Assembly: GCA_013265495.1 (NCBI GenBank) | Contig: MU058844.1 | Location: 3,725,895-3,789,894 of the forward strand | DNA: 64,000 bases | Reading direction: 5' to 3' | From: Vicugna vicugna | Taxonomy: Eukaryota | Shown here: positions 50,435 through 60,539 of the stretch, piece after piece | How the letters are laid out: every line of letters begins with the position of its first letter | How positions within the stretch are numbered: the first letter of the stretch is position 1 | Program-made: the position numbers and the translations under genes | The notes under the pieces: model-generated | The model's input: only the letters and a program-made list of their open reading frames with translations | Database searches by the model: none | Told to the model about the DNA's origin: nothing

Positions 50435-50960
50435 TTCATTTATTTATCAGACACCCACTCTCCATACAGATGCAGAAATGTGCAAAACAAAGCCCCTGCC
50501 CTCTGAACTTACATTGTTGCAAGCAATTAGCAAGTGAACAAAGGCATATATAATATTTCATATAGTAATATGCTATGGAGAGAACAAAACACATTAAAGG
50601 GGATAGAGAGGGTCTGGGATGGGGTGGGGTACTTCTATTTTATATAGGGTGGTGGGGAAGTAGTCCAAGTAGTGAGAACAGCCAGTGCAAAGGCCCTGAG
50701 GTAGAAGCATATTGGAAGTGGCAGTGGCTTGCTTGTATAGCAAGGGGAAAGCAAGGAGCCAGTGGAACTGGAGCAGAGTGAGGGAGGGGAGCAGTAGGAG
50801 ATGAGATTGAGAGGTGGTAGTAGGTGGAGGGGGGAGGACCAAAGATGCCCTGAGGTTCATCTGGTAGGGTGAAAGGACTTCTTGACTTTTACTCTGAGAT
50901 GAATATTTATTGAGCAGAGAACTGCCATGACCTGATAATTTTTCAAAGAACCATCTACTT
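50435..50960 (-). mobile_element. L2a-like LINE fragment
   Basis: 'gagaacagccagtgcaaaggccctgaggtagaagcatattgg...caaggagccagtggaactggagcagagtgagggagggg...gacttttactctgagatga'. Confidence 0.85.
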
Positions 50961-51428
50961 CCCCTGATTTGGGAAGTAATTTATCCTAATGATTAAGACT
51001 GTAAGTTCCAGAATCAGACCCACCTCATTCTAAAGGATATCTTTATGAGCTTGCCTCCTGTGGGCTTTGGGGCAAGTAATTTAATTTATCTGAGCCTCTC
51101 AATTCTTATCTGTAGAAAAGATGTTAATTGAATAGTTAATTGAATCTAAGTGCCATAGACAAAAGACATACCATGATTTTCTGTACCAATTAGAAAATTA
51201 GAAAACAATACTGCTAATCATGTATGAGTTAGTCAAACTAGGCTCTCCAAGTGTGGAATTGTCCTTAAGCTATTCTTGAGGATTTGGTCATTTGTCCTGC
51301 CTTCATTTGCATTGCTTGGCATATAATAGAAAATTATTTTGCATAAATCTCAGTAAGAAAAATCACAGCTTCATCTATTCGTTGGTAGCTTCATTTCTTA
51401 GGGTCCCATAAAACATTTGATTGTTGCT

Positions 51429-51466
51429 TTGAAAGGCAGCTATGCTCACCACTACACCACCAACGC
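51429..51466 (-). pseudogene. 5'-half tRNA-Gly(TCC) tailless retropseudogene
   Basis: The reverse complement GCGTTGGTGGTGTAGTGGTGAGCATAGCTGCCTTTCAA matches nt 1-38 of mammalian tRNA-Gly-TCC as recalled (2 mismatches). 14-bp direct repeats tgattgttgctttg (51418-51431) / tggttgttgctttg (51467-51480). No poly-A tail. Confidence 0.85.
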
Positions 51467-53895
51467 TGGTTGTTGCTTTGTAAGAAAATATAGACTCAGA
51501 GTCTTTATTTCCTATGATGAATACTTGCTTTACAAACACCAAATTTAATCTAATTTCTTACTCAGTTTTTATGCTGGTTCTGCTTGTAAAAATAATCCTT
51601 AGTTTAAATACTGGATCATAGTGTAAAAGATTTTTAAACAGCAATTAAACCCAACATATGCAGTGCCAATAATGTGCATAAGTCAAACTGAAGTGACAGT
51701 ATTATGAGTTTACACATTCACAGACAATGATAGAATTACATCATGTCTGCCCTCTGGTCTATGGTGATTGTAAGGTGACATCAATTCTGTGCTAAAATGT
51801 TCCATATATATGTGTTTATCTACCTACCTATCAATCTATCTATGTGATATTATGGCACATATGAGCTATATATATGATATTATATGTGTATATTAAATTT
51901 AAATACATAAAATCTATCTCTGTATGCATTTATTTTAGAATTGATGGACTATGTGGTAGTGCCTGCCCTAGAGAACAGAATTAAGATGGGAAGTTCCTAG
52001 CACAGAATTAGCCCTTAGAAACTGTTAGTTATCATTTCCACCTCTATGAAGACTTTATATTACATGCTTCCATCTCTTTCTATAAGAATCCCTAACTTAA
52101 TTTCATTTCCTTGTTTTTCCTGGACTTAAATCTTCTAACTCTAATTACTCAGGTGGATGTCCCTCCTTCTACACTTTTTACTCTCAGAAGGAAATTAAAT
52201 TACAAGTCTCTAACTCCCTAAACATTCTTTTTCCCCAAGTCATTAATCAACGGCTCATGTTAAGGGGAAAAAAAATTGCCCCAGATCTCTGGAGAACATT
52301 TCTATGGCATAATAGATTCCTCCTTATTTCCTATCCCCTGAGTAGCTTTCAATTCAAGGTATGTGTTTGTCTTGAATTTTAAAAATTCCCTTGATGATTT
52401 GAAATGCTGAGAGAACATCACCCCTTTGTCTTATTCCTCTTTATTCGTCAGCCTGCTCTAATAAAATGCTGGTTGGTCCACCCTGCTCAGAGAACGTCGT
52501 GGTTAACCGGTAAGCTCAGCATTCTGGTTCATTGTTATGGTCATAATGCAATCTGAGATCATTTAGGGAAAGACTGGGGGGGAGCCACACTGCTGATTAT
52601 CGTTTACCCCATGCCTTTTTACATCTTTCTGGAATGATATACTTCTTGAACACCTGTCTCATCAAATGAAAACAAGAAAGAAAACGGATCAAAAGGACTA
52701 AGAAGAAACCCAACTCGGGGGGCCAGCTTGCCCGCATTACGCATGAGCTGGGAATGGCCCGGGTGCTCAGCGGTGCTGGAATCTTAGGCAAGACAGAGAT
52801 GCTGTCAGTGTCTTATCAGCCCCAGGTGATTAACAGCCTCTTAAATCTTTACATTAAGTTGCTTCTAGGTCTTTTAGAGCAGGTGGTCTGTTCAGAACTC
52901 TAGGCTGTGGAATGTCAGAGAGGGGGCAAGTGTCCATCTGTGAGGGAGGATGGGCAGCTAGAAAGGCATTTATTCTTTAGTTAAGCCCACTTACTTAATC
53001 TGGGTAGAGCGTAATAAAGCTGATGATTGGGTCCCTTTAAAATTATGGATTATAATTAAAGGTCATCTATCTAAACATCATGTTGCTCATCATTAAAAGT
53101 GCTCTAAGCAGTTTAATTCCCTTGTATTGACATCTGGATTGGAATTTGTGAAGAGCTTAGTGGCCAGATGCCTGCCCTAGAGGCACTTAAACTCTAACAC
53201 TGACTTTCTCCAAAGTTGCAAAACACTGACAAGTTGACTTGCCAATGCTTTTGACGGTCAGCTCTCAGCTGTCTCAGTTGAACATGTTTGAATTAGCAAG
53301 TTAATATTTTTATGTCAGTCTCCAAATCCATACAAAAATGAACCCTGAAGCGTTTTAACAGCCCATTCCCAACAGAAATGTCTAGAACCCTGCTTTTCCT
53401 TAAAGAATTATTTTTTTTAAGATTTGAAAACCAGAATGCCTGAGAGCTTTAAGAGGCCTTCCCTTTTGGCATGTTTCAGATAAAGAAAATGGTTGTGAAG
53501 ACAGAGAGATCATTCACTGTGATTTGTGCCTGAGTACTGAGCTTATCCAGTAAGGGTCTGTCTTCAGATGAGAAATAGACAGTCTAGACAGGAAGAGGGA
53601 AGTGGCGGGGGTCAGGAAGCAGCAGGCAGAGCAGAGCTCCCTGCTGCTCTATGGACTTAACCTCTGAACAACCACACACTATGGGTTTTGGGGAAAGGAT
53701 CAGTGAAGCCGGGGGAACTAAATAAATATCAATGTTCATGCACAAACTTATGGTTAAAAGTCAAGCAACATTTCCTTGCTAAGAGTCTGTTATAAGCATT
53801 CTCCTGAGAAGGAAAAAATCTTGATGTAAGGGAGTCTCATTGGTCTTACAGAGACTCATCTTATTTTCTGTCAAATTAAGTTAGAAATGGATTGA

Positions 53896-54002
53896 GAGCT
53901 CGCTTTGGCAGCACCTCTACTAACACTGGAACCGTACAGAGAAGATTAGCATGGCCCCTGTGTAAGGATGACACGTAAATTCACAAAGTGGTCCATATTT
54001 TT
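53896..54002 (+). pseudogene. RNU6: Full-length U6 snRNA retrocopy (5' part of a U6/L1 chimera)
   Basis: 107 nt, colinear with U6 (about 16 substitutions by hand alignment). The ACAGAGA box and 'GATTAGCATGGCCCCTG' are intact, and it ends in TATTTTT. Confidence 0.95.
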
Positions 54003-54158
54003 AATACCTTGTAATGGCTTATAATGAAAAAGAATGTGAAAAGGAATATATATATATGTGTGTGTGTGTATGTGTATGTGTCTAACTGAACTATGCTGTA
54101 CACCAGAAAGTAATGCAACATTGTAAATCGACTACACTTCAATTTATAAAAAAAAAAA
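54003..54158 (+). mobile_element. L1 3' end with poly-A, fused to U6
   Basis: 'aataccttgtaatggcttataatgaaaaagaatgtgaaaaggaatata...ctatgctgtacaccagaaagtaatgcaacattgtaaatcgactacacttcaatttataaaaaaaaaaa'. TSD core atggattga at 53887-53895 and 54161-54169. Confidence 0.92.
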
Positions 54159-54411
54159 GGATGGATTGAAAGCATCTTAAGCTTTGCTTTGAAAATCTAG
54201 CCTAATCAGCTATCTGATTACACAACCCCTTGCTACCAAAATATCTTCAATTTTATTTGAAGAGATTATTCTGAGAAATACTCTGTTTACGGAGACTTTG
54301 GGAGGATCTGGCTTTATTTGGTCAACCTAAAACCAATCTACCAAAAATAATTTTGACTACCTATTATTTGCCTGTCTTCTTAGTTGTTGGAAAGAATAAT
54401 GTTATTAAAGG

Positions 54412-55000
54412 TGTAGTAAATTGCATCATTGGCCCCAATTCTTCGCTGGGTACCTATACTACGCTCTTTGCTGGGTGATTTTGAAGATCATCCTACTAGA
54501 GAGGTATTGAGTGACCAACTGGTCCTGGTTTACCTGGGACTTTCCTGGTTCTCACATGAAAATTACTGTATCCTGGGAAGCCCCTTAGTCTTAGGCAACT
54601 GGGAATTATTGATCACCCTTAGCATAGTATATTTTTATACCCCTTTACTTTGGGCTTGGTCATGTGACTTACTTGGCCAATAGAATGAAGTAGAAGCGGC
54701 AGTGTGTCAGTTCTCAGTCTAAGGCATTAACAGACTTTGCATGCTCGTGCTGTTTGTACTTCTGCCATCACCATGAGAAGGACATGCCCTAATTATCCCA
54801 TTGGTCCAAAGAGGAGGAGGGGTGTGTGGAGCAGAGTTGACCTCAGCAGAGCAGCCCAGCCAAGTGTAGTTTATATCAGTCTTTCTCTGACAGAGCTATA
54901 TTAGTTTCTATCAGAAAAGCTGTACTTTGCATGACTAATAATAAATCTTGCTATTTTGAAACCCTGAATTTGGCATGCTTTATTACACAGCAATAGTTAT
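54412..55000 (+). mobile_element. MLT1G/H-like MaLR LTR interrupted by a MER94-like MITE
   Basis: 'gggcttggtcatgtgacttacttggccaatagaatgaagtagaag...ctgccatcaccatgagaaggacatgccc...ttattacacagcaatag'. Confidence 0.75.
54507..54619. mobile_element. MER94-like hAT MITE
   Basis: Inverted termini 'gagtgaccaactggtcctggtttacctgggact' ... 'agtcttaggcaactgggaattattgatcaccct'. Confidence 0.75.
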
Positions 55001-56959
55001 AACCTATAGAAATAAATTTTGTTATAATCAGGCAGTGGACTAAAAATTTTACACAGAACATCTCCTGCTACCATGTCATGAAGTAGTAAAGTTATTATTT
55101 TGTGGCTGGGGAAACTGATAGAAAGATGAAGTAAATGCCCAACGTCAGCAATGGAGCTCATTCCAAATCTGTTTCCAAAGTAATTCAATACCTCAAAGTT
55201 TCTAAAAAGTTTTCAACTAATACAAACAAGATCACTGTGAAAGATTCAAGCAAATCTTGAGTGTATAAATAGGAAACATAAATAGGAAAAAAGTAAAATA
55301 TCCTCTCTTTCTCTCCCTGACTCCTCCCCTTTCTCATTTCTCTAATTGCTCCTCTGTAAAGTAACCACCAGAAATTTTTTTGGCATAAATCCTTCTGGAT
55401 GATTTTCTATGCATTTTATAAGCATAGTTCTTCATTTTAAATTTTTATATAAATAAACACACACTATTCTGCAGTGTTTTTCCCTTTGATAACTTGGGTG
55501 TCTTTCCACGCCAATCCATCTAGGGACACTTTAGATTCTTTTATCAGCTGCAAATCACTCCAGAGTATGGCGGTATCGTAATTTGAGTTTTTGTTTAACA
55601 ATCAACATTTCAAATGATTCTAATTTTTCACTATTCCAAACAATTATTCCATGAACTTTCTTTTCATTTATCATTGTGCACATAAGTGAGTACTGTCATA
55701 GAAAAAAATCCTAGAAATTAATTTTGCCCACAAATTACACATCAGTGTTTTTTTTTCAGTTTGTTTAAATAAAATATCATGTGCAAAAAAATGTGGACCA
55801 GTACTTGTACATCACAAGCAAATGCTCATAGGATAATGAGTTCTCTCTTTGGACCCTCTATCCCTTGTTGGAGGCATCTTTTTCAGGCATTCATGGTAAC
55901 CTGTAAAGTGCATAAACTGTAAATGTTTGGCCCCAGATAAAGTGGGTTGTGTTGCTGTCAGCTGTTGAATGTATTCATCTTTCACTTCACTTGGATGAAT
56001 GATTCTTTGGGAGCTTCACCCACCATCCAGAAAGACCCCAGCTACTGCAGGTGTTTGCTGCTTAAATGATAAGTTAGTGATGAATTTCTTCAGTGGAAAC
56101 ATTTGTCCCATTAGAGAGTAAAATCACAGTGTTCACTGGGCGTATGCAGTCACTTTAAGGTGGGTTCAGCCACTGGTTCAGTTTAAACCACGTAGACTGT
56201 TTAGTTTAGACTGCTAATAAATAAAGGGTCTCATAGGAAGAGATTCAAAGGCTTCTGTCTCATATAGGTTCCCCTGGCTGAAAGAAAATACTAGAGGAAG
56301 AGAGAAAAAAATTAAAAAGAGGAGGGGAGAAAGAGATGGGGAGGGATGTGATTAACATGTTACATGCCTGCTGTGGGTCAGGAGTTCTTTCTTTGATTCA
56401 GAGTTATCGAGAATCATTCATGTGCCAGACCCAGTGCTAAGCACTGGGAAGAAAGGAAAAAAAAAGAGACAGTCTCTGCTCTCACTTTAGCCCCTGCTAC
56501 ATTGGAAGACACCTATTGAAGGCAACAATTACTGAGAAGAACACACAATGCAATAGGAGTATATCGAAAGGGTGCAAAGACTTCTGAGGATTCTGGGTTA
56601 GCGTCCTAGGGCCAGTGGCTCTTCTGCTGATCTGGGGTGGGAGACCCTCAGCTTCCTTCGCACAGAGACTGGAGTGCGTGACTACCACATCTCACACACG
56701 GCACCAAGTATAGTAGCTGACAACCAAATGGGGCTACTGCTGGTCATCTGATCAGCCACTTTGCTCTGAGGATCATCAGCAGGTGCTACAGATCCTAGAA
56801 ATAAGAGTTGAAGGAATCAGGGTTGTTTTAGAGAGCAATGACATCTTAGGTATGATGACAAGAACACAGTGCTCACCATGTGTCCTACTCTGTCCCAGGA
56901 GCTTGTGACTATTGAATTATTTAATCCCCACAACAAGCCTATGGGATAAGATACAGTTT

Positions 56960-58200
56960 TTGTTTTAAAATATTTTTATAGAAGAAAAATGAACATAGAA
57001 CATAGAAAACACACATTTCAAAGAATTTTCACAAATTGAACATTTGTGGAACTATAACTCGGATCAGGAAGTGGAACACTGGTAGCAACCCAGTGGCATC
57101 CCCCACCTCTAGTCACTACCCTCCCCCTTCCCGAAGCTATCACTATCCTGGCTTGTCGTTATACATCAGTGTTGCCTGGTTTTGAACTTTATATAAGTGG
57201 AATCATATGTGCATACCCTTTTGTATCTGGCCTCTTTGGCTCAATGTTGTATTTGTAAGCTTTGTCCACGTTGTTGCTTGTAACAGCAGTTTATTCATTT
57301 TTATTGGTGTCAGCATTCCACTGTATGATTATACTGTGATTTGTTTATACATTTTTAATGCTAAAGAAAATTTTGGTTGTTTCTAGTTTGGGGCTATAAT
57401 GAATAGTGGTGCTCTTTCTGTCTAAGAATATGCATGTGTCTAACTACATACTATATACATATCTCCAGGACCAACAGAAATCAACATATTTTTGTATGTG
57501 TGTTTATATATGTGTGTATGTTTACACACACACATATATACATGAGATACACATATACTGCCAAACCATTGTTCACAGTGATTGTGCCAGGTATCCTCAG
57601 CATGGGGAGAGCTGGCTCTCATTCCCTAGTCCAAGGCCTGGAATTCTTCCCCATCCTTGGTTCTGTCCTGTGTTGCAACAAGTCTAATATGCATAGGCTC
57701 TGTCTACACAGCCACCCTTTCACCATCCCCTGGATCAAGCTTTGCACACACCAGCAATGTGGCTTGCCTTTGAGAAATGGGCTTAGAGAAGAAGCCCATT
57801 CAGGCAGGAAATTCTGGAGTCCTGGTTGTCTAGACTATTGTCCAGGAGAGGAAGGGGTGTGGGTCTTGGGTGGGCAAGTTCTTGGGCTCCATGGACTCCT
57901 TACTCCACGGGGTGGAGCAGGGCCAGGGAGGGCCAGGGCAGACCCGTCTTGACCGGGTCTGAAGACAGGGCTGCACTCGCTCACTGTGTATGAGTCTCAG
58001 TTGTTTCACTTCTTCGTCAAGACTTGATCTTGTCAGTCTTCTTTATTTTAGCCCTTCTGCTGGGTAGTAGCGATATCACATGGTGAGTGAACTGATGATC
58101 AACGAGGTATAGCATTTTCTTCTACTTTTTGCCATTTGGATATGCTCTCTCGTGAAGTGTCTGTTCAACGATTTCCCACAATTTTCTATTAGGTGATTGG
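56960..58200 (-). mobile_element. Old L1M (L1ME/MB-like) fragment splitting a MIR and interrupted by a DNA transposon piece
   Basis: L1 3'UTR text at 56960-57430. L1 text resumes at 57555-57595 and 57974-58200. MIR halves lie at 56860-56958 and 58201-58345. Confidence 0.7.
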
Positions 58201-58489
58201 TCATTATTATTATCTCCATTTCACAGTGGGGACTCGGAAATACAGAGAGGATAAATAATTTTCTCAAAGTGCCATAACTAGAAGTAGAAAAAGAGCTTGG
58301 ATTTGAATCTATGATGTCTGACTTCACAGTCCACTTTCATAATCCACTCGAAGTATCAGACAAAAAACCCACATTGGAGAGTTTTGCCACTGTTATGACT
58401 CCTGGATATATAGCTTGAGGCCCCCTAACTGAGGGAAAGAGTTATACTCAAGAGATCCAAGTGGAGACCACGTTAGCGATGGTAAAATT

Positions 58490-58932
58490 ACCAAAAACTT
58501 GATGACTCAAAACAACACACATTTATTCTCTTACAGTTTTCGGGGTGGGGGGTCAGAAGTCCAAAACGGGTTTTATAAGGCGAAATCAAGGTTCTCTCCA
58601 TGGAGGCTTTGGGGAGAATGCCTTTCCTGACTTTTCCATCTTGCACACCTTGCTGCATTCTTGTCTCATGGTCCTTTGCTCAGTCTTCAAGGAATCTTCA
58701 AAACTTCCTCTGCTTCTTCACATCAGCTTCTCCTCTGCAGTCAAATCCCCTTCTGCCTCCCTCTTATAAGGACATTTATGATTACATTTAGGGCCCAGGA
58801 TTATCTAGGATACTCCATCTCAAGACTCTAAATGCAATCACCTCTAAAAGAGTACTTTTTCCATATAAGGTAATATTTACAGGTTCCAGGACCAGGACCT
58901 GCATATCTTTGGGAGCCATTATCAGCCTATCA
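58490..58932 (-). mobile_element. MLT1D/E-like MaLR LTR
   Basis: 'aaacaacacacatttattctcttacagttttcgggg...ccttctgcctccctcttataaggacatttatgattacatttagggccc...ccatataaggtaatatttacaggttccagg'. Confidence 0.85.
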
Positions 58933-59861
58933 TCCCCCTCCACCATTTTTATTCAATATCTATATGTCATGTGTTTTTCCCTGTGAATGTTTGTACTACT
59001 TGGAAATAAACTGGTTCATCACCTGATTCACTTATGCTGAATATCAGTCAAACTATTCTGAAAATTTTGGCTTACAAATTTCTGTCTTTGTGGTTCCCAT
59101 GAACCCCTTACTGCCTTATGATCTGTTTAAGTGTTCTAGGCAGGAACAAAGAATGGTTAGCATTTACGTTTGACCTCAAATATAAATTATTTAGATGATT
59201 CATGGGGTTTCTTACTGTGAAATTATCTTTCTTAGAAGCTTCCTTTTCTAGGAACCTGATATGCTTTCAAATCTTCTGTGTAAAAAATACCTTCCTGCAC
59301 CACTTCTGTTAGGCACAGTAGGGAATCCTGGTCAGAAGTGACAGGAAGCTCACTTCTGGGCAAGGGCCGGCTGCCCCCGGGCACCTGTTGTGCTAGTAAT
59401 GAACATGAGATGCCTAACATGTGTTGCCCCTTCCTCTCCAGCTGCCAGGTGGGGGACTCAGCTGCTTTCAGAACCAGGATCTTCATGGCTTTATCCAGAG
59501 GCCTGGAGTTCCCTTTCATCCTGCTTTTCATCTGCCACATGATTCACATTGTGTAAGGCTTTACCTCTGGGTCCCCAGGAGAGCAATTTTATTCTGCAGC
59601 CATTTGCTGCCAGTTCATTCAACATATGTTTGTCAAGTGCCTACTATGTACCCAGCAGTTTCCTGGATGCTGGCGATTTAAGGATGAGTAAAATGCAGAT
59701 CTTGCCTTCAGAATATCACAGTGTTTAGTCACAATATGATAATTCTGCATCAGTCTTTTTCAGCGGCAGGTGACACAAAGGAAATTCACATTGACTTAAA
59801 CACTAAAGAGAATGTCTTGATTTACACAATGGAAAAGTCCAGGGATAGTACTGCATATCAG

Positions 59862-60539
59862 TACTATCAGTCAGGGTCCACACAGAGAAGAGTCCAACCA
59901 AACAAGTGTGCACACACACCCATGAACACACACTAAGGTGTTTATTACAAGACTCTGACCCATGCAATTGTAGAGGCAGGTTAGCCAGTTTCTACCAGGC
60001 TGATGTCTTTGTTTCTGATGCTGGAGCTTGAAGACCTCAGGGCTACCTAGGGAAGCTACAGTGAAAGTGGGGAAGAGTAGGACACTCTGGCACCCTTGAA
60101 TATGAGCCAGGACCTATGCGGGTGGACTGGAACCCACGTCAGTCTCTCACCACCTCCAGAACACATCAGACCCCTGTGGGGGGCCTGCAGAAGGGCACTA
60201 GTGTGCTTGGTCATGAAGCTAACTATGCATGTGGTCCAAGAGTCAAGGAAGCTGTCAGAGAATTGGAGGGAAGGTGGAGATGATGCAAACCTGGATGCTG
60301 CCGCACAAAAGCAAGGACAGGCGCAGATGAGCGACAGTCCGCGTGCGCTGGGCAGGATCCGTGCGCCTTCCCCAGCACTTTCAGACATCCAAGCCACGTG
60401 CCCGCCTTCACGTCTACCTTCTGAATCCCACACAGAACGTCTTTTTGCGTCCACTCCAACCAGAAGCGCATAGCGAAGGGGATTCTTGGAGAGGTACTGC
60501 CGCTTAGCCCAGCCGACGCCTTACAAAGCAACTCCCACA
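59862..60539 (-). mobile_element. MLT2F-like ERVL solo LTR
   Basis: The left end 'tactatcagtcagggtccacacagaga...tttattacaag...tctgatgctggagcttgaag...ctggaacccacgtcagtctctcacc' and right end 'ttacaaagcaactcccaca' fit MLT2-type termini. Confidence 0.7.

Noticed and set aside
50610..50629. G-quadruplex-like motif (also near 3249-3277 and 19035-19072)
   Set aside because: Such motifs are common in mammalian DNA. This one lies within an L2 remnant and has no supporting context.
53896..54002. Functional U6 snRNA gene
   Set aside because: About 15% diverged, fused to an L1 tail, bounded by a TSD, and lacking an evident upstream PSE/TATA.
57434..57952. Longest ORF in the track (172 aa)
   Set aside because: It spans a (TA/CA)n tract, L1 sequence and a DNA transposon fragment, with no recognisable domain.
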